Below, in pieces: positions 25,790-38,329 of a DNA stretch of 40,160 bases. The stretch is from Octopus bimaculoides. Lineage: Eukaryota. The notes beneath the pieces were generated by a model. That model worked only from the letters and a program-made list of their open reading frames with translations, made no database searches and had not been told where the DNA came from. The stretch is from NCBI RefSeq assembly GCF_001194135.2, contig NC_068986.1, positions 67,612,086 to 67,652,245 of the forward strand. The letters run 5' to 3'. The position numbers were made by a program, and so were the translations under genes. Numbering within the stretch: position 1 is the first letter of the stretch; each line of letters begins with the position of its first letter.

Positions 25790-26640
25790 AATCCGTAAAT
25801 CGTATTGGGTAGACCATCCTGTTCAGGTGATTTATTCATCTTCAGTCAACCATCGCTTCCCATATCTCTGCAGATCTTACCGGCTATCACAAAACTGCGC
25901 CTCTCTTACTGAGAAATCTAGCAGGCCGCTGAAGTGCACAGCGAATTCCATTCTGTGTCCAGGCCCACCAAATCATTCTGAACAAGCAAGCAAAATGCTG
26001 GTGGAAAACCACCCGCATCTTCTAAGCGTCGATTAACATACAACAAGGACCAGATTGTAGATTGTTGCCAAGTTTCATCCTCACCACACGGGACAATCGA
26101 AAATTTTTCATTACCTCAGGTCTTAGAGAACGTGCTTTAGCACTGACAAGGCAGACTTCCTACTTTATTTTGAATAATTCATGAAGGATCATTCTCGCTG
26201 CGAGCACGTCGGTTGCGATGCCTTTCCTAAACGTATCTTTTAAATCTATTAGTTCTTCGTCCTAGTTTTCTCCATCACTACGACCTTATTAAAGCTTTTC
26301 GACTCTATACTAATCGTGGCTTTTCAGGGTGAACCACTATTTGTTGTGGTCGACTTTCCTCATCAAATCCTTTATAATTTATTCGCTAATAGTTTTTTTG
26401 CATGCCGGAAGCCACGTATTCAGCTTCTAGTAACCGTGTACTTGCCTACAAAACAAATTTATGTCGGCCGGACAGATCACAAAATTGTGCTCTCGGTTGC
26501 CGACGATTTTAAAATATGGACATCTATGCTATCATTATCTAATAACTCACAGAAAACTTTATTTCGATACAATCTGAATAATTCGAAGCTGTTTGATCAT
26601 GACCAGGTTGATTATTTCGGAAAATCCAGTCGATTTTGGT
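25790..26640 (-). mobile_element. L1/Tx1-like LINE ORF2 relic (end of APE endonuclease through linker to RT start)
   Basis: Frameshifted motifs in order: VGNREHNFVIC (cf. VGxSDHKLV), GY*KLNTWL (GYWKLN), NK*WFTLK, KGIATDVLAARMILHELF, FQQHF-like, and KSPEQDGLP (KSPGxDGLP). Confidence 0.75.
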
Positions 26641-26749
26641 GCATCGTTAATCAAAAGCATCTCCCCATTTGTTCATATCTGCCGATATTTTTTTGGTGTT
26701 TTGTTTCTTTTTCTTTTCTTTGAATTTGGTAATAGTTTGCTATATATGA

Positions 26750-27700
26750 TTCCCCCACTGTTACCTACGCATACGACATGTCTGTGTGATGTGATCATGG
26801 GAGAAGCATAATTTGAAGAGAATTTTGTTTTTCTTTTGTCGTCATTTGTTATTTTTGGTGTCTTATGTTCTGTTGTTTGTGATAGCAGCTTTTCTTGCAT
26901 TGTTTTTGTTGATATTGTTTTCACCCTTGGTGTTGTTGCTGTAGGTACTGCTTCTAGTTTTGAAGCTGGTGTTGCAATCCCAGTTTCTGCAAGTGCATTC
27001 TTTTATAGTCTTAGCTGCTAGTGCTGTGCTTGTTGCTGCTAATGCTGATGCTGTGATGTTGGCAAATATGGAGGCCTTCGTTCAGCTTTCATTTTCAGTT
27101 ATTAGGAGAAAAGAGTTTTCAATGTCTCTACAGAAGTAGCATCGCAGTCTTCTGTTTTCTATTATCTACTGCATTTGCTGCCCTCTTGGGATATCTATTA
27201 GTTCGGAGATTTTGACTAGTGTTTCGGATGTATCTCAAACCTCATTTCAACCCAATTATCCTTTCGGAATCTTTTATATTTCTTGCAACGTGTTAGGAAC
27301 TTTTAAAATCGTCTCATTTTGACTACTCTTCAGAAATCTATTTGTGGTGGGACACTCTGCGTCCCTGGCAAATTGGTATCAGTTAAAATTTTCAGTTCTT
27401 TGTGGAACAGTGGAATACTTCTTCATAATTTTAATGTATTCGAATTTATGCGTATGTCTGACAAAATTGATGTCTAGCAAAATAATTCTTAAACAGAGTT
27501 CAGTTTGTCCTGAAGTTATTACGCTTCGATTTGTGTATTGTCAGCGATAAGCATCTATACACAATTGTATTCCTTCCTACTTGGTCTAAAAGGCATTGCG
27601 GTATATTCAATGTAGTTTTTCTTTGTTCTATTTAGTTGTTGTGTTTCTCTACCTCTTCTAAATATTCATGCTTTTGATCTAGAGAGATAATGTCGCAAAC
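26750..27700 (-). mobile_element. LINE ORF1 (gag-like) relic inserted within the L1/Tx1 ORF2 relic
   Basis: IIENRRLRCYFCRD (zinc-knuckle start CX2C, ~27170-27125) followed by a Thr/Lys-rich low-complexity tail; many stops. Confidence 0.45.
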
Positions 27701-27789
27701 GTTTGAAATTTGGCAAAAGAAATATTTCTGATATATTTTCACGGTTGCAGCTGCTGTTTATAGTACCATCGTTGCCATTGTCGTTGTTG

Positions 27790-28030
27790 CTTCTCATTGA
27801 CGTGGTTGTGGCGGCTTAGTAGCAGTGGTATCGGTGGTGTCGGTTGTGGCGGTGGCAACGGTTGTGGTAGCGGTGTTGGTGGCAGCGGCGGTGGTGTTTA
27901 ATGTGCTGGTACAGTTTGTTGTCATAGCGGTGGTAATGTATGATTTTCTGCTGGTGGTTGTTTTGCAGGTTTCTTTCTTAGACATGTCACTGTTATTGCT
28001 GATGTTACTGTTGTTGTTCTTGCATTTACT
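27790..28030. repeat. Degenerate (GTT/GGT/GCT)n trinucleotide low-complexity tract
   Basis: Direct inspection; it gives Thr-rich or Val-rich spurious ORFs. Confidence 0.8.
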
Positions 28031-28049
28031 ACATTTGTAGTATTCTGTA

Positions 28050-28780
28050 GTGAAGAGGGTTTCATATTCAGTATTTCGTCCCATCTTCCTTTCGTACTGG
28101 TTGGTCAGCAAATGTCAGGCGGATACATCTGTGTATATTTGCGTGGATTTTGAAGATCTCTCTTCTATCAGATTGCTCTACACAATGCAAACGTGCATTC
28201 AAGATGGAATTCCAGTCATTCACTCAATAGCTCTAAAGAGCATAATGTTCTGATGAAAAATCTCAGGAGCCTAAAATCTGATTTCCCTCTGTCAGTCGAA
28301 ACGGAGATTGCTTCTGGTTTGAAGGAATAATCTTCACTAATGTACACGTCCTGGACCACCAACTTGCCGTCCGGTCCCAGGAAGGCCGACTGTGTCTCGA
28401 AAGAAATGCCTTTCCGGTGCAACATTAACACTGACTTGGAATTCCACGTAGGCGCAGAAATACGAATTTCGCAAAATCCTCAAAAATGGAGGCCATGGCA
28501 TGTGTGTCAGAAATTTTGCTCTCGCTAATAGTTATCACACCAACTACTAGCGGCATGAGGTCACTGAAGGTCGCCTGTACTTCCCAGGTGACCTCAGAAT
28601 ACATGCACTTATATAACGTATTCTTGCAACAACCATGTTGGTAGGAAATAACTGAAGAAAAGAGCGTCACAAAACTCAAAGTCTATTCTGCAAGCGGGTT
28701 CAATGGAGAAACTAAATAACTTGTTCGATGCCTGAGGCTGGGATTCCTAACCTCATCTGGAAAATTCTCATTTCCCTATA
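28050..28780 (-). mobile_element. L1/Tx1-like LINE: ORF1 end plus APE endonuclease N-terminal relic
   Basis: MVVARIRYISACILRSPGK (cf. RIGCINVRGLRS), VGVITISESKI (cf. DVVAVQETRL), LHRKGISFETQSAFLGPDGKLVVQDV (cf. DPEGRLVVLDV), NDWNSILNARL (cf. GDWNAIL). Confidence 0.75.
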
Positions 28781-29175
28781 TCTCTTTTCTCTTTACACTT
28801 TTACTCTTTTACTTGTTTCAGTCATTTGACTGCGGCCATGCTGGTGCACCGCCTTTAGTCGAGCAAATCGACCCCAGGACTTATTCTTTGTAAGCCTAGT
28901 ACTTATTCTATCGGTCTATTTTGCCGAACCGCTAGTTTACGGGGACGTAAACACACCAGCATTGGTTGTCAAGCGATGTTGGGGACAAACACAGACACAC
29001 AAACATACACACACACACACATACATACATATATACGACGTGTACCAAATCCACTCAAAAGGCTTTGGTCGGCTCGAGGCTATAGTAGAAGACTCTTGCC
29101 CAAGGTGCCACGCAGTGGGACTGAACCTTGAACCATGTTGTTCGTACGCAAGCTACTTACCACACAGCCACTCCT
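28781..29175 (-). mobile_element. Full-length tRNA-derived SINE family A
   Basis: Minus strand starts aggagtggctgtgtggtaagtagc (A box TGGCTGTGTGG), has B box GGTTCAGTCCC, an internal (TG)n tract, and a tail gactgaaacaagtaaaagagtaaaag. Confidence 0.9.
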
Positions 29176-29318
29176 ACTCTTACATCTCAGCGTGGAATTT
29201 TGTCAGTGAACTGGTCGCGGTATCGAAGCGACGAAAATATTTTGGTAAATTAAATTTAAATGTTGAAGTGAATCTAACGGTTTTTGTATGAGTTATAAAC
29301 ATCTTCCACGCTGCAATT

Positions 29319-29362
<44 letters not shown>

Positions 29363-29559
29363 CTATTGACAGTTTTGTCAATTTCAGGTTCGTCGGAGCA
29401 TTCATTTTGCTTTTATTGAAAGCCCCCATCTGTGTACATAGGTTTCCATTTCATGCTATGTAAGATAGCACTTTTTAAAATATTAACTTCATAACAGCTC
29501 AAACTGAATGTGTATGCGATTTTATCGTGTGTATTATTTTGTACATAGTATCATTTTTG

Positions 29560-30090
29560 TGCTGGTAGTTAGTGAACTTGTCTGAATTTTCTCTTTTTTT
29601 TTGGTGTTGAAGCAAAAATGTTAGTCCGAAAATATTAGTTGTTCTACAAATGGGTAGCTTAGTCAGTTGGTCTTTACAATCACTAATATTTCCGCCTCAT
29701 TCAACAGGGAAATTACTTCTTGGATCTGTTTTATATGCTTATGCTTTATACTGTGGTTCCAGACCAGTTCTCCTGCCTCGCTCTTTCTACATTCAGTAGT
29801 GTTTCGCTTTCTTCCAACAATATCCATGTCTTTCTACTTCAGCACTCTAGCTCTTTTAAAACCGACGAAAGTGTTAACTTGTAAGGTAATTCTTTCTAAA
29901 TAAGAAGTAAAGAGAGTGACATCCTCGCTGCGGCAGATGACTAATGGATATTGTAATGCAAGGCCTGTTGTCTTAAACAGAACTTCGATCCCGCTATACT
30001 GCCTTGGCCTAATTATATATGTTCGACATTCTTCCATACATCATGGAAAGCTCTCTCTAGTTGTGCGTTTTTGGCGCTAGTTATCCAGGC
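29560..30090 (-). mobile_element. L1/Tx1-like LINE ORF1 relic (5' part of the same element as 28050-28780)
   Basis: Translation YIIRPRQYSGIEVLFKTTGLALQYPL...TLFTSYLERITLQV resembles cephalopod LINE ORF1 proteins from my memory; strand and order fit an ORF1 upstream of the endonuclease. Confidence 0.45.
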
Positions 30091-30733
30091 AATGAGTTGT
30101 TAAACCCACGCAGTAATATATAACAGTGTTTTAAGTGTTGCAGCTAGCTTCAATAAGTTACGAATGTTTTCGAAATCGATTGACTGTAAACTTCCGTTGT
30201 GAAGGCTATCCTCAAGAAGGAAGCCTAGCGATTGTTGCTGCTGCTGTTGCTGTTTGTAGCGTAATGGCCTGTTTTCTACCGATATTATTCTTTTCAACGT
30301 TACTGTCGTTTTCCTTTTTGCTGTTGTTACAGTTGCTAATGCGGTTACAACAATTACTAATGTTACTTTCTTCGTCCTTGCTACCATTACTACTTACTAG
30401 CAAATCTACCCATCTACGATGGAGGCATTAAATGAGGGAAGGAAGTCATAACAACAGTATGTATTGCAAAATGTGTAAACGGACTTGATAGATTACTGGG
30501 TGATGTCTTAGGGAAATCACATTATTGTTGGTGATACAGTATTCTATTGCAGTTATATGACATGTATTTGTGACTAAGTGACGTGGTGACGATTCATTCA
30601 CTCCTGAACTGAAATAGGCTCCCAACTTCTGTATCATGAATGGTTATGCAGACCACTCCTATGGAAAGCTAGAGCTTCCTTCGATAACTACATAAAAAGT
30701 ATTAAGGAAAAAATGTTGGCGGAATTATGATGT

Positions 30734-31920
30734 AAGCACGTGCTAAAACCCCTCATAACTGTATTATTTATAGGGAATTTTACAATTTTTTTTTCGATTT
30801 TGTCTTCTGCATAAGGCTATTGATATAATTATGCAAAATAGTAATTTTTTTTTTAAATCCCCACACATGCCGATATGTTTATGCGTGCTAGAAACAGTAT
30901 TTAAAAATTGAGGGAAGGTCTCTTATGATTGACTTATTTCATTATTCTAATATCTTCTGAAACTTATACAAATAGTAATATATACATATAGTAACTATAT
31001 ATACACATAGTAACTTATACATACAGTAACATATATAAATATATATACACACATACATTTTTACAGAGTTAGATTTATATACATCCCCGTATATATATAA
31101 ACATTTCGACATATCTACACAAGTGTGCCCCAAATATTTGCTTCTTCATAACCTTGAGAAAATTTAATATTTCTTAATGATATTTTCTACAAATATGCTT
31201 CAGATCGTGTAGAATTAGATGAAATTGCAATTCATTGTGAAAACCTTCTGTCCCTAAAGGAGTTTTATAAAATTCACACTATTAGGCTTTGTTGTATATA
31301 TATATGTATATATGTATATATGTATACGTGGGTGTATACGTATTGTTTTAATTATATCTTTATACACGCACATACATAAAAAAAACTGACACACCGTCGT
31401 TTACGACGATCACATGTATCCAAAACTTCACCACTCTTCCAACTTCATATTCCGTCTTAAAAAGAAGGCTATCATCTATTTGGACTATATGATTTGGGTC
31501 ACCCAATTTCTTCTTGTCTTTCAACAATTTTTGAGTACATATTTCCCAGCAAAATAATTCGTACTACTGTACGGCTGTCTGTCTGCTAATGTCACTGGCA
31601 TTTCAAATATAAAGTCCAGGATTATGTGAGAAAGTGTGAAGACCGTCAATTGACTTTTTTCCATAGCAGTGTTAAAAAATTATTTGGAAATTACAAAGAG
31701 AAACAAATGGTAGATTCGGACTGTCCGTATTTTAAAACCACGATGCAAAAAAAAAAAAATGAAAAAAAAATGAAAAACAGTGGAAACTTTTGGAATCGGG
31801 GAAATTTATTTTAAAAATTCCATAATCGTATTAATTCCATTATGTAGAAGACAGAATCGAAAAAAATTTGTAAAAATTCGTAAAAATAAAAGAAGTTATG
31901 AGTGGTTTTAGCCGGTGCTT
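30734..31920. mobile_element. Non-autonomous DNA element (or two inverted element ends) with ~100-130-bp imperfect terminal inverted repeats
   Basis: aagcacgtgctaaaacccctcataact...ttcgattttgtcttctgcataagg (30734-30816) is the reverse complement of ccattatgtagaagacagaatcgaaa...gttatgagtggttttagccggtgctt (31837-31920). Confidence 0.7.
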
Positions 31921-32431
31921 GTTTAGATATACTTTTAGTTTAGTAGTTTACACTACCTTACGCTTGTATATACTCTTATACATTCAAAGTTCACAAATTT
32001 CCTTATTTAAATTATGAATCATATTTCTTTCGATAATATCAATATGATTACAAAACTTCTGGATTCTGTTGCTCTACACATAGCGACGTTTAGCTGGTCC
32101 GGTGTAAACATCAGAGTGGCTAAAAATACACCTACTCGATCTAAAGTCTGGCCCTGCGCCTTGTTGCTGTGAATGTGCGATCGGGATTATTAGGAATCTA
32201 TCCATCTATAATAGGAAATAAAGGGATAGTATCGCAAATCCAAACCCTCTAAATTCACAAACTATACGGTGGGTCGGGGAATCCAGAGTTAATCCTCCTC
32301 GCTGGAGTTTTAATAAAAAAAAAATCAAAGGTGATTTAATAATGCAAAACTCATTATCAGTAATTGCTTAGTATACGAGATTAAAAAAGTAAATAAAAAT
32401 TAAGTGTGGTTGTGGTGGTAGTGGTGGCGGG

Positions 32432-32745
32432 GTCTTCGGTAGAATAGAGAGAGTTTCTAAGAAATGTTTCTTAGTGGAAGTACTTGATCATTCTGAGCAG
32501 ACTTTGACAGCATTAATTCAACGATGGATTCTGCCAGAGAGTCACATAGTAAGTGATGGCTGTCGATCATACCATAATATTGGAATTTTAAATGGTGGCG
32601 CATACACTATCAATGCGATTGTACATGAAGAAAATATCGGAAACATGTGGATGCGTGTTAAACGCAAATTATGCTGTCAATTCGGCACTTCAGTGGCTTT
32701 CTTTTGTTTCGTATTTGCACGAATTTATATGGCGTAATCCAGTGA
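32432..32745 (+). pseudogene. Merlin/IS1016 (ISXO2-like) DDE transposase relic
   Basis: VFGRIERVSKKCFLVEVLDHSEQTLTALIQRWILPESHIVSDGCRSY...VHEENIGNMWMRVKRKL..QFGTS, then a frameshift to FVSYLHEFIWR. This matches the ISXO2 pattern WVFGG.ER...F.V.V.DR...TL..II...I.PG..I.SD...Y...H.NF...IE..W...K...YL.EF.WR, with the NFVDP..G.HTQ segment deleted. Confidence 0.85.
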
Positions 32746-32869
32746 AGCAAGCTGACTTACTTCCCTTTGCTTCTTTTATTAGTTATCTCACCCTTAATTT
32801 TTATTTACTTTTTTACGCCCGTAAACTAAACAATTATCCTCAATATCCACTAAATAATAATGCTTTTTC

Positions 32870-33000
32870 AAATTTGTTTTCGCTACAAACCTTCCTGATT
32901 AGTTCCTTCGTAATCCCGAAAAACATCGTGACCACTTGTCCAGCCGTTTCGCCGTGATGGGGGAACAGCCAGACAAACATAACGCCCATTATAGTAAGAT
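32870..33000 (+). mobile_element. Lep1/Helitron-like non-autonomous element 3' end
   Basis: ccagccgtttcgccgtgatggggaacagccagacaaacata...attatagtaagat resembles the cagccgttt...acagacatac...tagtaagat terminus of Lep1-type elements (recalled, not searched). Confidence 0.4.
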
Positions 33001-33617
33001 TACTGTGATAATTAACTGCTGCTCTCTACAGTTTGTTCCTATAGTGGTGACGAAGTTGACAATGGACACATCTTCTGCTGATGAATCTGAAAATTTCTTT
33101 ATTTGGTGTATCATCGTTCCTGCAGCTACTACTGTTGCTGTGATTGTAGATACTATTATATTTGTTATAGTTATTGTTTTAAATGTCGGTGTGGTCGTAG
33201 TTCTCGATTTCGTCGACACAGTTGCTACCGATGGCAGTCATTTGACTTAGTGTGAGTAAAGAGAAATCGGTGCAATTTAGTATCGTAGTCAGAATAATCA
33301 TTCCTTTCCTACCATCTTTCACAGTTCATTGGGCGTATATATTTTGTTGTCAGTGTGATTTTAAACATTAACATTTCGGATATGGTGTAATTTTTGTCAT
33401 AAAAGAGATCTCCAATTGTTGCTTCCCACTTCACACAGTGACGTAATGATTTCTTGTTTAACAAAGTATCCTCTCACCAAAATAATTGATTAAATAAACA
33501 AAAACAACGTACTCCCAACAAAACAATTAGCAGTATACGAGCCAAAGTGAAGCACATCCGATAATCAAAAGCAGCAGCAACAATAACAACAATGACAACA
33601 ACAACAGCAACAAGAAC

Positions 33618-33662
<45 letters not shown>
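33618..33662. repeat. (AAT)n microsatellite, target of the adjacent Dong/R4 insertion
   Basis: Direct inspection. Confidence 0.95.
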
Positions 33663-33664
<2 letters not shown>

Positions 33665-34098
33665 AAATAGACCAGATATAGTTGTCAAAGATCATGAAGG
33701 AAAAAAATGCCTTCTAATTGATGTTTCAATACCAGCAGATGACAACGTTTCTCTAAAAGAAATGGAAAAACTTTCAAAATACAAAGACCTGGAAATAGAG
33801 ATAACTCGAATGTGGAATCTAAAAACAGAAACAATTCCTATCATAGTAGGTGCCTTAGGTATAATAAAAAAATATTCAGACAAATACATAACAAAAACAC
33901 CAGGACTTACAAATATATATAACATACAGAAAATTGCACTACTGGGTACTGCACACATTCTACGCAAAACACTTTCAATACAGTAAACATAAGAGCACCA
34001 CAGCAAACCACAGCACATACCCAAGGCGCACAGAGCTGCGCTCGGTAGTGAAGTGAAAGCACGTTATAAAAATAAAACTACTGAATAATAATAATAAT
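33663..34098 (+). mobile_element. 5'-truncated young Dong/R4-clade non-LTR retrotransposon (restriction-like endonuclease domain, 3' UTR, (AAT)n tail)
   Basis: Uninterrupted ORF 33663-33986: TNRPDIVVKDHEGKKCLLIDVSIPADDNVSLKEMEKLSKYKDLEIEITRMWNLKTETIPIIVGALG...LGTAHILRKTL, carrying the PD...D...K RLE catalytic motif. Flanked on both sides by (AAT)n. Confidence 0.92.
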
Positions 34099-35084
34099 AT
34101 GAGATTATGTATAAGTAGAAGTTTAAAAAGAAATAAAACAAAAAACATATAAAGTAGAGGCTGGAGGAAGAAAAAACTGAAAAGATGAAACCGAGGAGGT
34201 ATGTAAGTTTGGTGAGACGTAACATTTTAAGCGCATGATAATGATAGTTACTGATTGCAAAGGATGACAATGCAATAGTATGCAACAGATATAGTATAAT
34301 ATAGGTTTTGTCGTATCTCAGTTACGATTAAACACTAGTAAACATTTCAAGCATATATTATTACGTGCAATGTGATGCTTGAGAAGACAGAAAGGTTTGA
34401 ATAAGAAACGTGTCACGTGACAACTTGAACATGTTGAGATAGGCTAGTACTAAACAAGTGGAGAGCGTAAAGTCTGAGCACGTCTACAAGAGATTTGGGA
34501 TTAAAAAATAGTCATGACTATGGTTTAAAGGGGAGAGTCATTATGTCAATAACGTTATTCGTACTGGATGTAAGTGTATTTCCATATTGTCAATTAACTA
34601 ATGTAGTATTGATCTGCCGTACGAATACTTCATTTTCAATGTCCTCGTGTCTTCGGGAGAATATTTTTCTATCAATAAGTAGAAAATAATTAGAATATCT
34701 GTTTCAACTAACGATTTCTCGCCAAGAGCTTCGTGGAAATAATAAAGGAGAAAAATATCGAGTAATATTTGTTATAATAGGAAAACAATTCTTTGTCTCT
34801 ACTGTTATCTTCTTAGAAAGACTAACTCATAACTGGATATGGTAATGAACTGAAACCTGATGGATAGTAATGACGAAGACATAATGAACAAATCTATGCA
34901 GATTCAAATTATAGTAAATTATCCCAAACTGTCATGAAGTGGTGTAAATATCCGTGATGACATTGTGGTTAAATTTAGTGTATCAGATGTAAGAGAATAA
35001 CTTACTTGCCTAAACTCAAAATTCAAGTTTATTATGACATAAGGATTATTATTTCGAGATTATTATGCTATAAAGTTCACAGCG

Positions 35085-35172
35085 ACACACACGCAAACTC
35101 ACACCCACACACACACACATACACACACACACAAACACACACACACACACAAACACACATACACACACACAA
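35085..35172. repeat. (CA)n microsatellite
   Basis: Direct inspection. Confidence 0.95.
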
Positions 35173-36345
35173 TAAGCATTAAGTGGCATGAAGTTAAGTG
35201 AAGCCTACAACAACCATTCTAACATTAAATTGTCAAACGGAAAACAAATAGGAAGAAATTTGACATAAGCGATGCGATGCTGTAATAGAGCATATTCAGT
35301 TTAAAGGTAAACAAACAGAAATCTTTATGAAATCATATTACATATGTGTAAAGTGGTTTAATGTTAGAGGAAATCGTGACAGAGTTCAGTAAAGCACTTT
35401 AATGAGAACGCTTTTTTTTCTAGCACGATACAATATATCACTTTTATACTGATATTGTTTTAATTCCACCTATCGTCAGAGCGATGATACACTCTACTCC
35501 AGAGTGGATATTTGCCACTATGTAATGGCTCATCATGAAAGTAAAATAACAGATTTTCAACGAGTTAAGATAGATTTGATCTATGCATGCTGTTCACTCC
35601 CTGGATATTAATGTCTGACTGCACGAATTGTATCTGCTTTTCTTTGTAACTCTAACTTCTATGATAGTAATAGTTTGATACAATTGCTAGGTAGATATGA
35701 ATGATATTTCATCATTAAAGACTACATTGTGAATGAGAAGATCAAACAGTCGGATATTTATAAGCCTTTGGCTTTAAATTGCTATTCGAGGGCACTACAC
35801 ATATACTGTGAAATAATGATGAGTCTAACACAGCAATATCAAAATAGGGAATCACTATTACTAAAATTGAGTTCAAACGTATTAAAACATGAGAGTAATT
35901 CAATATGTTATTTTCAAAATGATATGGATAACGCTTCTATGTTGTCACTTATAATCCTGGGCTAGATGGAGTGAAAGATAAAAAATTTCCAGTTAAAAAG
36001 GAATAAAAATATAACAGAGTCAAGTGGTGGGGGCTCTGGCTCGGCTCTTTCAAATCTCTTACAAAGCTCATAACTTTCAGAAGCAGTTAAAATACATGCA
36101 GGTCATCGGTGACACCCAAGCAACAACTACTTGGGAGAAAATTCTTAAATATTCTGTCTTCTAGACTAGCAACGGATAGGGTAAAAATGTTCCACCGAGA
36201 AAAATATAAACTAACAATAGAGAGACGTGAGAGAAAAATGCAGAAAACATAGAACAATAGAAATGTAAAGAAGTAAAAACTAGTAATTAGATATTACAAA
36301 TATGATTTTTTAAAAACTGATCATCCTTCATTTAAGTCATCATTC

Positions 36346-36510
36346 ACCTTTTACTTGTTTCAGTCAATAGACCACGGCTAGGTTGGGGCATAACTTTCAA
36401 GGATTTAGTCGAACGAATCTGGTACTCATTTTCTCAGTTACTGAATTGTTAAGTTACATGGACGCACGCAAACAAACCAACACTGGTTATCGAGGGTGTG
36501 AGAAAGAAAC
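36346..36510 (-). mobile_element. Decayed SINE family A 3' part
   Basis: ttttacttgtttcagtcaatagaccacggc...ttagtcgaacgaatc...ggtactcatt...accaacactggttatc aligns with 28800-28975. Confidence 0.65.
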
Positions 36511-38329
36511 AATGGCACACGCACAAACATAATATATATATATATATATATATATGGATAGATGGCGGGCGTCCATAAAGTTTATATCAATCAAAGTCTT
36601 TCACAGGCCATCAGTCAGTCCGGGGTTTTATTAGAAGACCCTTGCACAAAATGCAGCGCAGCAGTACTGAACCAGAAAACACGTGTTCGCAGAGCAAGCT
36701 TCTTAATCACACGACCATATCTACACTTAATTATAGGCTTACAATCTAAAGGATGAAGTACTGCTATGGTTTTAGGTTATATCGATGCTGGGAATCAAAT
36801 ACAGGAAAGATCGAAATGTTTGACACTAGTCTAAAGACATTTTTTAAAAGAACTTAAAAGCACTTAAGATATTTCAACGATAAATTTTATCTGTCATCCT
36901 GTTAACCGCTACTACCTGATCTTAGGATACCTTTGACAGTGTCGTGCCCACCCCCAGGCAGCACGGGGGAGAGAAAAATCAATAACTACAGGGGTCTAAC
37001 TTGCTGCTGTCAGTTTGTACCAGTCGCCGTCGAGACGTCAGATCTTCTCGAACCCCGTACTACTGATTTGCTCAGCAAAATCGTGATAATTTGAGCCCGT
37101 TTGAGAAATGAGCCTCCCGAGGTGAGGTGTCGCTGGCCATTCTCCGAGACAACACCATTCCGGTCATAATCGCGGGGCGCACTGGGTACACCATTTGTTC
37201 TGGGGTATGTGATCCAGCGCCTCTCTTCCTCAATCTTCTGCTTATTCGCCCCCATTTTTTTCATCTTTTTCCTTTTTATCTTATTTTTATCTTTCTTTCT
37301 ATTTCAATGTTATGATTCAAAATGTGATCTGTTGTATAAGTGATTGTAGAAACAAAGCTTTTGTGAAGTCTACCCGCCTTTCTTCTAAGAAGGAAAATAA
37401 AAACAGCTGATTTTTCTCCGTTGGATGCATTGAAAGAAATAATGCATTGAAAGACACTAGAAGTTTTCGCTTTTCAATATGACCACTTTGGAGAATAGCT
37501 CCATTGAAAGAGTTTGTACGCACGGGTGTGTGTATGTGTTAGTGTGTACGTCTGAGTATTTCGTTGGCATGTCTGTGTGTGTGTGCCTTTGTATGTGAGT
37601 GTGCGGGGGTGGCTGCGTAGTTGTGCACAAAAGTACAAGCGGGTGCTAAAGTGCAAGAAGCTATTTCCGTTAAAATAAATAAATTTATAAACATATTTCA
37701 TTTCAAATTTTGCTATTTCACACTACATAAAATGCTGTATAACTTCAATATTTAGCATGTCTAATTTTAATGACTCAAGTATTTCCGTTCGTGTAATTAT
37801 GTAATTTTTAACTGTTATGAATTATGCTTTTTAAATATTTAAAAATACATCATACAACTCCATTACCACTTCCCCTCTTCTAATTTACCCACTTCTTATT
37901 GACGATCTTTAATTCTATTTCATGTACCGTCTCATCGGTCTTGTTATTTATTATATTAACTCATTATGATCAGATTCTTGTAGACGCGTCTCCATTCTGT
38001 AATATAATAGCTCCATTGTTAAGAATCTAACGGCGACAGCAATCTGCACAAGACTTATTTTCTTTATCTTTTTGTCATTCTAAATATTTTATCTGGTCAA
38101 ATATTTTCCAAATCATATTTCTTGAACAAAACACGAGACTTTGTTCTGATACTCAGTGTAACTTTAATAGAAGTTTCATTACCTATCAGAACTATTAATC
38201 TTATAGATTTTTGTTTTCATTTCATATTTCTACATTAATCATAAATACGGCTATTATCAATAATTAACTCTTAGAACTTTCTTCCCATTTAGTCTTCAAT
38301 AACGTGAAAGTATTATATATATAAATATA

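Noticed and set aside
26460-26490. YVGRT on the + strand, suggesting a GIY-YIG/Penelope endonuclease
   Set aside because: The region is better explained by the collinear minus-strand L1/Tx1 ORF2 motifs.
29090-29175. tRNA-like sequence with A and B boxes
   Set aside because: It is the SINE head; no complete cloverleaf or acceptor stem, so it is not called a tRNA gene.
37010-37264. GC-richer segment with short ORFs on both strands
   Set aside because: No splice signals or recognisable domain; probably another degraded LINE ORF1 fragment, but I cannot support a call.
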